IMG/VR virus record: IMGVR_UViG_3300048838_000571
Span: 1-25,154 of that record
Length of the DNA: 25,154 nt
Source: a virus
Lineage: Duplodnaviria > Caudoviricetes
Direction: 5' to 3' (one strand)
Every line of letters starts with the position of its first letter. Positions within the stretch are counted from its first letter, which is position 1. Below, piece by piece: positions 8,802 to 16,027 of the stretch. The translations under genes and the position numbers were made by a program. The notes under the pieces were generated by a model, which was given only the letters and a program-made list of their open reading frames with translations, ran no database searches and was not told where the DNA came from.

Positions 8802-9044
8802 TCAGACGTAAACGATTTTAGCGCCACCCTCGATACCTACCGGGCTGAAATCAGCATCACCGGTATCAACCCCGACCAGTACCCGGCCGGCCGCGTATTT
8901 GGCCCAGGTCCCATACCCAAGAGTGGTCCCGGGATTCTCGTCGACATTGGTGATCACGATCGCCCCAACAGGATGCTGGGGCGCGACCGAGAACTGATCG
9001 GCCGGCCCCTGAGGGAGCGGGATCGGGGCGGCAGTGATGACCAC
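8802..9044 (-). CDS. Stand-alone short baseplate gp10 C-terminal/tail-collar-like domain protein
   Basis: HPVGAIVIT...NPGTTLGYGTWAKYAAGRVLVGVDTGDADF...GGAK. GTG at 9044, just after the terS stop, is preferred over the track TTG at 9083, which overlaps terS. Confidence 0.65.
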   Translation of the reverse strand: MVITAAPIPLPQGPADQFSVAPQHPVGAIVITNVDENPGTTLGYGTWAKYAAGRVLVGVDTGDADFSPVGIEGGAKIVYV

Positions 9045-9048
9045 GGGG

Positions 9049-9483
9049 TCAGACCAGATCCTGACGCTGCCGGGCAGCGTCAAGCAAGGCCGCGACCCGG
9101 GCAGCCCGGGTCGTGGCGTCGACCGCCACCGGGGCGCCGTCGGCCCCGGTCAGCTCGGTCCGCTCGGTCGCGAACAGCTTGCGCCTGCCTCGCAGCAGAA
9201 GGGCCAACAACGAGTCGCTGTAGACCTGCCGGTGCCCCACCACCGCCCCCTGCCAGAAAACCGGCTCGGCGACCCCGTGGACGGCTCTGGAGCGTGCTGT
9301 GGCCTCCAGGATGTCGGTGCTGTCCTCCAGCGCGTTGGCCCAGGCCTCCGCGAAGTCGGCACAGGTCCGGCGGCGGGAGTAGGCGGTCGTCGACGCGATG
9401 CCTGCAGCCGAGGCAGCCTCGCTGACGGTCGACCCACCGGCAAGCGCGGTGAGGAAGGGCTGGATCCAGGTCGGTGCGTCCAT
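9049..9483 (-). CDS. terS: Terminase small subunit (HTH type)
   Basis: FLTALA...VSEAASAAGIASTTAYSRR...FAEAWANALE...LEATARSRAVHG...YSDSLLALLL...ELTGADGAPV is a characteristic TerS pattern. Confidence 0.85.
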   Translation of the reverse strand: MDAPTWIQPFLTALAGGSTVSEAASAAGIASTTAYSRRRTCADFAEAWANALEDSTDILEATARSRAVHGVAEPVFWQGAVVGHRQVYSDSLLALLLRGRRKLFATERTELTGADGAPVAVDATTRAARVAALLDAARQRQDLV

Positions 9484-9525
9484 GGGCCGGGGATTATCCC
9501 CGCCCCGCTACCGCAGGTGGGCACG
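9481..9525 (-). promoter_or_regulatory. Putative late promoter, copy 1 (upstream of terS)
   Basis: Minus strand CGTGCCCACC...GGGATAATCC-CCGGCCC-ATG; GATAAT is -10-like. Confidence 0.55.
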
Positions 9526-9750
9526 CCCCTTCCGCCACCGCACCACGATCGCAGTCAGGGCCAGCTCGGCATCGGTCGCTGGCTCGGGCCGCACCCCGGT
9601 CGCGTCGTTGCGCCGTTCGCCACGGGCGATCCTCGCGACGCACGAAAGCGATACCCCGTACCGTGCTGCGATCTGCCGCAACGGCATCGGGCGAAGTTCT
9701 ACGATCTCGCGGGCCTGCTGATCGCTGACCTTTTTGCGCTTACTTGCCAT
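9508..9750 (-). CDS. Small helix-turn-helix DNA-binding protein
   Basis: 80 aa; PLRQIAARYGVSLSCVARIARG is a textbook HTH. Confidence 0.8.
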   Translation of the reverse strand: MASKRKKVSDQQAREIVELRPMPLRQIAARYGVSLSCVARIARGERRNDATGVRPEPATDAELALTAIVVRWRKGRAHLR

Positions 9751-9758
9751 TTTCAGCG

Positions 9759-9907
9759 TGTAGCCTATGTAGCCCTTGTAGCCCTTGAAAACCCTATTGT
9801 TGCCCTGGCGCTTTGTAAGTATTGTAACTTATTATCTTTTGCTAATTTACTACTACTACTCCCACCCTTTCTTACTAACTAGAGCTACAAGGGCTACAAC
9901 GGCTACA
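9759..9907. other. Putative replication origin: AT-rich core flanked by inverted 9-bp iteron triplets
   Basis: TGTAGCCTA-TGTAGCCCT-TGTAGCCCT (9759-9785) and AGAGCTACA-AGGGCTACA-ACGGCTACA (9881-9907) surround the most AT-rich stretch of the window, directly downstream of the primase/helicase gene. Confidence 0.7.
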
Positions 9908-9916
9908 GGGTTGATT

Positions 9917-12160
9917 TCATTGAGCTTTTTCGTTGCCCATCTGTGACCCCATAGCCCTTCTCCACCTCTTCCCTACACCCCCGCCCACCCTCACGTTGAT
10001 TTTTACAAACCCCAGTTTCCGCAAGATTTTGCCTATCCGTAGCTCTTCACGTCGTCCGACCAGCCTAGGCTCTACCCCCAGGGCCCCTAGGGCTACATCG
10101 AGAAGGGCTACACCCTCGCCACGGGTGTCGGCCCGGTCCAGCCAACCTGCAATAATTTCCGTCCACGGGTCCCCGACTTTGTGCTCCGCGTGGACCTCAG
10201 CTGCAAGATTTTGCGCGTTCTCCCACTCAACCCCGCCGGCCAGGTACCGTGCGACCCCCTCCGCCCACAGCTGCTGCCGTTCCCTGACCACCTGCTCGAC
10301 ATCGATCTTGCCGACCTTGATCGGCAGCCACCGGCGCTCTCCGGTATCGTCGTCGAGGAACTCGGTGACGTTTCCGGTCCCGATCAGGACCACCCTTCTC
10401 GGGTACGCCCGGACGTGTTCCACGTATTTCGGGGTCCACTCCTCGACCCTCCGGCTGATCCAGGCCTTGATGCTTTCCGCGTCCCTGCTGGTCAGCCCCC
10501 TCAGCTCGGCGAGCTCCCCTACCAGCTTGCCCCTGAGCGCACGGGCGAGGTTGTCGTCCCGGTGGCTCAGGTCAACCTCGACGAAGGTGGACTCCTCCGG
10601 CGCGATCGCCTCCACCAGCCGGGTCTTTCCGGTCCCTTGACCGCCGATCAGGACCGGCACCATGTCGGCCTTGCACCCGGGCTTGATCGCCCTCCCCGCC
10701 AAGGCGGTCCAAAGGTAGGCGCTGACCGCCCTTGAATAGGGCCCGCCACCGCCCCCGGCTACCCGCTCGAAAAAGGTGTCGACACGGGCCACCCCGTCCC
10801 AACGGAGAGACTCGGCCCAGACGCCCGCGGTGTCGATCTCGGACTGCTCCGCCACCCTCCCAACCACATCCCGGACCAGTTCCTTCGGGGCGGAAGTGAA
10901 CCCTCGGGCCTCCAGACGGCACCGGATGTCGACATAGTCGCCATCTGTCAGAGCCCGCCACGAGCCCCCACCCCAGTGGATCATCACCTGCCCCTTGAAC
11001 GCGTCCAGGACCAGGTCGCACCCTATCAGGTCAGCACGGCCGACACAGGCCAGCGCGTTGGACACGGTCGCCTCGATCCGGCCTCTCTTGTCCCGGGTCA
11101 TCACCGGCCAGTTCGCCCCTCCCCCACCTGGCGGCGGCACCACCGCGGAAGGGGCCGCGATGTCGATCGCCCCGGCCCCGGCCCCGCCCTCACCCCCGGC
11201 CCCCCGCCCCTCGGTCAGGTCGTCGAAATCGCCGGCGTAGTACCCGATCGCGGCATGCCACTCGGCATCACCGCGGCCGGCACAGTGGGCATGGAGACAC
11301 CTCCAGTGCCCGACCGCGAAACCACCAACCCCGGCCGGGAAATAGGTCGTCCCGCTCGCCCCGGTATCGGTAGTGTGTTCGTGCTCCCAGGGGCACCTGA
11401 CATGCACCCGACCGTCCCGGTCGTACTCGCGGACCCAGCCGTTCTCGTCCAACCACGGCACCAGAGGGTCCCCATGCATGTCAAGCTTCGAGCGCGGGAT
11501 CGTGGGGTTGACCACCCGCCCGGCTACCTCGCTGATACCCTCGGCGAACGACTCCCGCAGGCCCTCCCAAAGGACCTCGAACTCGGCGACCGACAACGAC
11601 GGGAAACCACCCTCCAGCCCTGCCCACTGGTAGCGGGCCCCGGACGGGTGGGTCCCGAACGCGACGAAGTGCTGGCCGTCGGCCAGGAACTCGATCGCCC
11701 CATGCCTCGTCCGCAGTATCCGTTTCGTCAGACCAGCCCCGGCCACCCGGACCCCGACCAGGCACTTCCCCGAGTTCGGTCGCGACCGGACCGGGACATC
11801 CCCCAGCACCATCTTGATCGCGGCCAGGACACGGCCCGACTCGACCGGGTCGTCGATGTCGATGTCGATCCCCCTGACCAACCTTGTCTGGATGCAGATC
11901 CCGAGCCGCTGGTCGGCCACCCACCTGGCGGTCTGCCTCGGTGTCGTCTTCTGGCGGGTCCACCCAGGGATCCCGACCACCATGCCGCTGGCTGCGACGT
12001 AGGAGGGGATCTTCCCGAGCGACTTCAGCTTGCTGTTGGGGTCGATCTCGAGCCCAGCTGCCGAGACCACCGGCAACAGATCCTCGGTCAGCCCCTGCTC
12101 ACCGAGGAAAGCCCAGTCGCTCGGGTCGGCCCCTGCCGCCCGCTCCAGAGAGCCCCCCAT
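9917..12160 (-). CDS. Primase-polymerase fused to VirE/VapE-type P-loop helicase
   Basis: 747 aa; prim-pol motifs GIDIDIDD and GQHFVAFGTHPSGARYQW, Zn site CPWEHEH...CLHAHC, PGCKADMVPVLIGGQGTGKT Walker A, ELAEL and FLDDDTGERRW. Confidence 0.9.
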   Translation of the reverse strand: MGGSLERAAGADPSDWAFLGEQGLTEDLLPVVSAAGLEIDPNSKLKSLGKIPSYVAASGMVVGIPGWTRQKTTPRQTARWVADQRLGICIQTRLVRGIDIDIDDPVESGRVLAAIKMVLGDVPVRSRPNSGKCLVGVRVAGAGLTKRILRTRHGAIEFLADGQHFVAFGTHPSGARYQWAGLEGGFPSLSVAEFEVLWEGLRESFAEGISEVAGRVVNPTIPRSKLDMHGDPLVPWLDENGWVREYDRDGRVHVRCPWEHEHTTDTGASGTTYFPAGVGGFAVGHWRCLHAHCAGRGDAEWHAAIGYYAGDFDDLTEGRGAGGEGGAGAGAIDIAAPSAVVPPPGGGGANWPVMTRDKRGRIEATVSNALACVGRADLIGCDLVLDAFKGQVMIHWGGGSWRALTDGDYVDIRCRLEARGFTSAPKELVRDVVGRVAEQSEIDTAGVWAESLRWDGVARVDTFFERVAGGGGGPYSRAVSAYLWTALAGRAIKPGCKADMVPVLIGGQGTGKTRLVEAIAPEESTFVEVDLSHRDDNLARALRGKLVGELAELRGLTSRDAESIKAWISRRVEEWTPKYVEHVRAYPRRVVLIGTGNVTEFLDDDTGERRWLPIKVGKIDVEQVVRERQQLWAEGVARYLAGGVEWENAQNLAAEVHAEHKVGDPWTEIIAGWLDRADTRGEGVALLDVALGALGVEPRLVGRREELRIGKILRKLGFVKINVRVGGGVGKRWRRAMGSQMGNEKAQ

Positions 12161-12164
12161 GGCG

Positions 12165-12479
12165 CTACTCGATCACCGGGAACAGGCCAGCCTCCGCCTC
12201 GCCCTTGAGCACGTGCTTGGCGTAGGGGCAGACCGCACAGGCGGCGACCAGCTCGGTCCTCCTCACGATCGGCAACATACCCCCGCTCTCGGCATGGGCT
12301 GTCAGCGAGAACCGCTCGATCGCGGCCGCCAGCGCCACCTTCGGCTGCCTCTTGTAGTTGGCGTCCTCGCTCGCAGCCAAGTGCTCCAGGTACTGCGTCG
12401 AAGTCCCGGCAGCCTCCGCCATCCGCTCACGCTGGCCCCGATCGGCCAGCCTCAGCCACTTCCTCAACATCGTGCCCAT
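12165..12479 (-). CDS. Cro-like transcriptional regulator
   Basis: RERMAEAAGTSTQYLEHLA...RQPKVALAAAIE HTH pattern; first gene of the leftward arm; RBS GGAGG; C-terminal CAVCPY. Confidence 0.75.
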   Translation of the reverse strand: MGTMLRKWLRLADRGQRERMAEAAGTSTQYLEHLAASEDANYKRQPKVALAAAIERFSLTAHAESGGMLPIVRRTELVAACAVCPYAKHVLKGEAEAGLFPVIE

Positions 12480-12501
12480 GCGATCCTCCGGTCTGGGGCG
12501 G

Positions 12502-12523
12502 CGATTTTAGCGCCATGCTAAAA
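12502..12523 (-). promoter_or_regulatory. Leftward promoter -10 (TAAAAT) overlapped by palindrome TTTTAGC-N5-GCTAAAA (candidate operator)
   Basis: Perfect 7-bp inverted repeat at 12505-12523; TAAAAT on the minus strand at 12509-12504, ahead of the cro RBS. Confidence 0.6.
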
Positions 12524-12540
12524 GTCGAAAGACCAAGCGT

Positions 12541-12569
12541 TTTACTCGGTCTTTAGCTTTTGCTACACT
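12541..12569 (+). promoter_or_regulatory. Rightward sigma70-like early promoter P1
   Basis: TTTACT-N17-TACACT with extended -10 TG; contains TAGC-N4-GCTA palindrome. Confidence 0.65.
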
Positions 12570-12607
12570 GCATCCGCCCCTTCCGAAACCCTGAACAGGA
12601 GAGCGTC

Positions 12608-12943
12608 ATGCCCCAAGTCCTCACCGCCCCCATCGATCTCGGCCGCTCGAACCTCCCCACCTTGGCTGACCGCCTCGGCGTCCTGCTCGGGGCCGCGTCC
12701 GACATCAACAACGAGATCAGCGCGATCAAGACGATCCTGAAAGGGTCGCTCCCGACCGGGTCCGCGGTCGAAGGCCAGCTCTTCCGGGCCACGATCGCGT
12801 CCGGGTCCCGGCTGGTCCTCGACAAGGCCCTCGTCATCCAGTTCCTGCAGGAGCAGTACGGGCTCCGGATGGATGATCAGGAGTTCCAGCTCACCTTCTG
12901 CAAGCCGGTCGAGTCGGTTTCGGTCCGTTGCAGCGCCCGGTAG
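12608..12943 (+). CDS. Hypothetical early phage protein (111 aa)
   Basis: ATG at 12608 after AGGAG (the track start at 12560 lies inside the promoter); ADRLGVL...EGQLFRATI. Confidence 0.8.
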   Translation: MPQVLTAPIDLGRSNLPTLADRLGVLLGAASDINNEISAIKTILKGSLPTGSAVEGQLFRATIASGSRLVLDKALVIQFLQEQYGLRMDDQEFQLTFCKPVESVSVRCSAR

Positions 12944-12952
12944 GAGATCAAG

Positions 12953-13519
12953 ATGGCGACCAAGTACGAGCTGACCAGCGAGACCCTTGAACTCAACGGT
13001 CACACTCTTCACCGGATCCGGGCGGTCCGGTCCTTCGGCGAGATTGTCGAAGGAACCCTCGGGGGCTGGATCGAGAACGAGGGCAACCTCAGCCACGAGG
13101 GTACTGCCTGGGTCACCGACGACGCCCGGGTCTCCGGCCGCGCCTGGGTCACCGACGACGCCTGGGTCTTCGGCAACGCCTTGGTCTCCGACGACGCCTT
13201 GGTCTCCGGCCGCGCCCGGGTCTCCGGCAACGCCTTGGTCTCCGGCCGCGCCCGGGTCTCCGACGACGCCTTGGTCTCCGGCCGCGCCTGGGTCACCGAC
13301 GACGCCTGGGTCTTCGGCAACGCCTTGGTCTCCGGCAACGCCTTGGTCTCCGGCCGCGCCCGGGTCTCCGGCCGCGCCTGGGTCACCGACGACGCCCGGG
13401 TCTCCGGCCGCGCCTGGGTCACCGACGACGCCTGGGTCTTCGGCAACGCCCGGGTCTTCGGCAACGCCCGGGTCTCCGGAGACGACTGGATCTCCGGCGA
13501 CGCCCAAGTCAACAGCTAG
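12953..13519 (+). CDS. Hexapeptide-repeat (left-handed beta-helix-like) phage protein
   Basis: RBS AGGAG; N-terminal KYELT...LHRIRAVRSFG...GTLGGWIENEGNLS then more than 20 A-[RWL]-V-x-[GD]-[DNR] repeats. Confidence 0.85.
   Translation: MATKYELTSETLELNGHTLHRIRAVRSFGEIVEGTLGGWIENEGNLSHEGTAWVTDDARVSGRAWVTDDAWVFGNALVSDDALVSGRARVSGNALVSGRARVSDDALVSGRAWVTDDAWVFGNALVSGNALVSGRARVSGRAWVTDDARVSGRAWVTDDAWVFGNARVFGNARVSGDDWISGDAQVNS
13105..13510. repeat. Coding tandem repeat, 18-bp unit
   Basis: GCC(C/T)(G/T)GGTC-N9 units such as GCCTGGGTCACCGACGAC and GCCCGGGTCTCCGGCCGC in an uninterrupted array. Confidence 0.95.
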
Positions 13520-13528
13520 GAGCGCGGC

Positions 13529-13750
13529 ATGGCGATCAGATACCTGAAAAACACCTCCCTTGAGGCGTGGCGGGCGGAGGTCAGGCGCCAGTGGCCGACC
13601 GCCTACTTCTCCGGCGTCTTCCGCCAGTCGCAGACAGACTCGGAAACCGCCAGGGCGGGGCCGACCAGCCAGCAGTTTGTCGGGTGCTGGGTCAAAACCC
13701 CGTACGAGGTGTCCGCTTTCGTGAGCGTCAAAGACCCCGCGCTTCCGTAG
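13529..13750 (+). CDS. Hypothetical protein (73 aa)
   Basis: RBS AGGAG, in operon. Confidence 0.7.
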   Translation: MAIRYLKNTSLEAWRAEVRRQWPTAYFSGVFRQSQTDSETARAGPTSQQFVGCWVKTPYEVSAFVSVKDPALP

Positions 13751-13771
13751 GTCTTTAGCTTTTGCTACACC
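13743..13771 (+). promoter_or_regulatory. Rightward promoter P2, duplicate of P1
   Basis: GGTCTTTAGCTTTTGCTACAC at 13750-13770 is identical to 12548-12568. Confidence 0.6.
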
Positions 13772-13802
13772 GCAGCTACCGTAACCGCAACAGGAGAGCC
13801 AC

Positions 13803-14090
13803 ATGACCACCATCGCAGGAACCGCGGCCGCTTTCGCCGCTGGAAAGTCTGCCAAGTGCCATAACGCGACCACCGACGGGGTCCGTTACCTGCTTCACGG
13901 ACACCCGATCGCGGAATGGGTAAGCCCCGGGTGCCGGGACCAGCTGAAGCTCGACTGGTGCGGCTACTACACCGTGACCACGGCCAACCACATGAACAAG
14001 ATCTTGACCGCCTGCGGCATCGATACCCGGGTCTCACGCAAATTGGCCCGCACCGGCGAGGATCCGCGCCAGCCCCTCTTCTGCCTCTGA
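13803..14090 (+). CDS. Hypothetical phage protein (95 aa)
   Basis: RBS AGGAG; YLLHGHPIA...GYYTVTTANHMNKIL resembles a common small early-protein pattern. Confidence 0.8.
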   Translation: MTTIAGTAAAFAAGKSAKCHNATTDGVRYLLHGHPIAEWVSPGCRDQLKLDWCGYYTVTTANHMNKILTACGIDTRVSRKLARTGEDPRQPLFCL

Positions 14091-14093
14091 CCC

Positions 14094-14124
14094 CACCGGC
14101 AAGGGCAACCAGCCTTTGCCGGTG
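14094..14124 (+). other. Intergenic RNA hairpin (13-bp stem, 5-nt loop, no U tract)
   Basis: CACCGGCAAGGGC-AACCA-GCCTTTGCCGGTG with one G-U pair; may be a processing or stability element. Confidence 0.6.
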
Positions 14125-14150
14125 CAGTCCGCACCTATCAGGAGTTTCGC

Positions 14151-14624
14151 ATGCACCCCACGAAGTACTATCAGGGCCACCACCCCGATGGATCAAGCAT
14201 CCAGAACCACAGTGCCGGCCCCCTCTACCCGTTCGTCATCCAGGTCCGGGACAACCCCGCCGGCGGGTATTTCTGGGAACTGATCGGCCCGGGGCTCGAC
14301 CGCGCGATCAGGTTCGGCAGGTCCGAGGACGCCTCCAGAGCCGCCGAGCGGCTGCTCGCGGTCCGGGACCACGAGGACGCATGGGCGTTCGAGCTGGAAC
14401 GGGTGGTCCACGTCGGAGGGGTCAAGCTCTCTTCCGTCCAGCAGAGCATCCCGGCGGTTTGCGACAGGATCGCCCGGGGGGAGAGCAAATGGGCTTACAT
14501 GACTCGGTCCGCCAGGGTCGCGGTCCTGATGGAGCTTGCCCGCCGGCGGCTGGAACTGCCGACCCCGGCCGGGCTGCTCAGCTACTCCGCGTTCGCCGAC
14601 TACGCCGCCCGGGAGGTCGCATGA
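14151..14624 (+). CDS. Hypothetical protein (157 aa)
   Basis: RBS AGGAG; ATGA coupling to the next gene. Confidence 0.8.
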   Translation: MHPTKYYQGHHPDGSSIQNHSAGPLYPFVIQVRDNPAGGYFWELIGPGLDRAIRFGRSEDASRAAERLLAVRDHEDAWAFELERVVHVGGVKLSSVQQSIPAVCDRIARGESKWAYMTRSARVAVLMELARRRLELPTPAGLLSYSAFADYAAREVA

Positions 14625-14800
14625 GGCCGGCCTTCCTCCAGCGGCTCGACCCCCGCGAAAAAGCCATCCGGCAGGCGGAAGCTGAACTGATCCGGGCAGA
14701 CCGGGCAGTGTTCGAGCACAGGTACCTGCTCGACTGCGCGCTGGCGAAAGTCAGCACGCTGATCAGCTTGATCGAGCAACTCAAGGAGCGCAAGCCGTGA
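14621..14800 (+). CDS. Hypothetical coiled-coil protein (59 aa)
   Basis: 3' end of track ORF 13916..14800; ATG at 14621 after GGAGG; 4-nt overlaps on both sides. Confidence 0.7.
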   Translation: MRPAFLQRLDPREKAIRQAEAELIRADRAVFEHRYLLDCALAKVSTLISLIEQLKERKP

Positions 14801-15198
14801 TCGACCTTGTCGCCACCCGCGCCCGCGACCCGCAAACGCGCCGTTGCGCGGCCTTGCTTGCCAGTGTCATCGCGGCCGCGATCAAGGACGCCGCGACCCC
14901 GCCCTCGAAAGCGGAGCAACGGGCATGGATGAACTCGAACCCGCTTGCGCTGGATTCGATCCACTTCCTGTTCGCAAAGAACTCGAAGTTCGACCTCTAC
15001 GCGACGATGCTTGGGCTCGAGCCCGAGGCCATCCGTCACGCCCTGCTGACGACCCCGATCGACGAACTGCCGGCCGGCAATACCGCCCTCTATTCGCAGT
15101 ACAGTGCCCGAGCGATCCGGTGGCGCATGCGGGCTTCGATGCCGGCCCCCTTGGACGACATCCCCGCGTGGGTCGATTCACGGGCCAGGAAGCACTGA
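14797..15198 (+). CDS. Hypothetical phage protein (133 aa)
   Basis: GTG after AAGGAG; LLASVIAAAIKDA...FDLYATMLGLEPEAIR helical pattern. Confidence 0.8.
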   Translation: MIDLVATRARDPQTRRCAALLASVIAAAIKDAATPPSKAEQRAWMNSNPLALDSIHFLFAKNSKFDLYATMLGLEPEAIRHALLTTPIDELPAGNTALYSQYSARAIRWRMRASMPAPLDDIPAWVDSRARKH

Positions 15199-15199
15199 C

Positions 15200-15358
15200 A
15201 TGAGGCCGATCAACACCGCCGGTCGATGGCTGGTCGCAAAAGCAAGGCGCCAGCTCCGCGAGGTCGGCCCCTACCAGGCCGCCCGCAACCTCAGGAAGCA
15301 GGGGGTCCCGTTCGGACTCGCCGTCCGGATTTTGCTGGGCAAGCGCCCCCGCATTTGA
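15200..15358 (+). CDS. Small basic hypothetical protein (52 aa)
   Basis: ATG at 15200 directly after the previous stop, RBS AGGA; MRPINTAGRW...AARNLRKQGVPFGLAVRILL. Confidence 0.65.
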   Translation: MRPINTAGRWLVAKARRQLREVGPYQAARNLRKQGVPFGLAVRILLGKRPRI

Positions 15359-15387
15359 TACACTGCAGCCCTCACCGAAAGCTAATC

Positions 15388-15624
15388 GTGCTTGACCTCA
15401 ACCAACTGGCAAACCACTTTGCCAAACAGGGCCGTTTCGTGGTGATCACCTACACAAACGACCAGGTGACCGCGATCGAGTCCTTCCCCGACGTGAACAT
15501 GGACGCGGTCGCCGACGAGATCAACCTCCGTGCCCCCGTTCCCGGGGTGCGCCACCGCGTGGTCGCGCCCCACACCCCGCCGGCCAATACCGGCCCTTAC
15601 CTGCTCGACTCCAACGAGGACTGA
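15388..15624 (+). CDS. Hypothetical protein (78 aa)
   Basis: 3' part of track ORF 15226..15624; GTG start inferred; preceded by TGaTACACT extended -10 at 15356-15364. Confidence 0.55.
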   Translation: MLDLNQLANHFAKQGRFVVITYTNDQVTAIESFPDVNMDAVADEINLRAPVPGVRHRVVAPHTPPANTGPYLLDSNED

Positions 15625-15626
15625 AC

Positions 15627-16025
15627 ATGCCCGTGACCGTTACCCTCACGTTCGACACCATCGACGCCGCCATCGCCTACCTGACCGGCGCCAAGAAGGA
15701 CCAGCCGCCGGGAAAGCGCTCCGGTGCGAGCCCTGCCCCTTCCCCGCATACTGTGGTGCAACCCATCTCCGACCAGCCCGCTGCGCCCGAGAAGAGCACC
15801 GCGCCCACGGAACCCCCGCCGCCCACGGCCCCGGCTGCGGATGTGCCCTATGCGGACCTCCAGAAGGCGGTCCTGGCGCTTCACAAGCGTGATCCGAGCG
15901 CGACGGTGGCGGTCGCCAAGTCGCTGGGCGTGAAGACGTTCAAGGAGCTCCCGGCCGAGCGCTGGGGCGAGGCGAAAGCGGCCGTCGAGAAGGCCGCTGC
16001 CGCCCTCGATACCGAGCTTGCCTGA
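15627..16025 (+). CDS. Hypothetical replication-module protein preceding DUF2800
   Basis: Pro/Ala linker plus C-terminal LGVKTFKELPAERW helical domain, in the usual position ahead of DUF2800. Confidence 0.75.
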   Translation: MPVTVTLTFDTIDAAIAYLTGAKKDQPPGKRSGASPAPSPHTVVQPISDQPAAPEKSTAPTEPPPPTAPAADVPYADLQKAVLALHKRDPSATVAVAKSLGVKTFKELPAERWGEAKAAVEKAAAALDTELA

Positions 16026-16027
16026 CC

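Noticed and set aside
13105-13510. Diversity-generating retroelement TR/VR pair (considered because of BPP-1-like genes)
   Set aside because: No reverse transcriptase in the window, and repeat differences are not adenine-specific.
12563-13873. 436-aa collagen-like antisense ORF (GDPGAA repeats)
   Set aside because: Reverse-frame product of the 18-bp array; it crosses promoters and RBS-bearing plus-strand genes.
14094-14124. Hairpin as intrinsic terminator or attC
   Set aside because: No U tract and no AAC/GTT cores; kept only as a generic hairpin.
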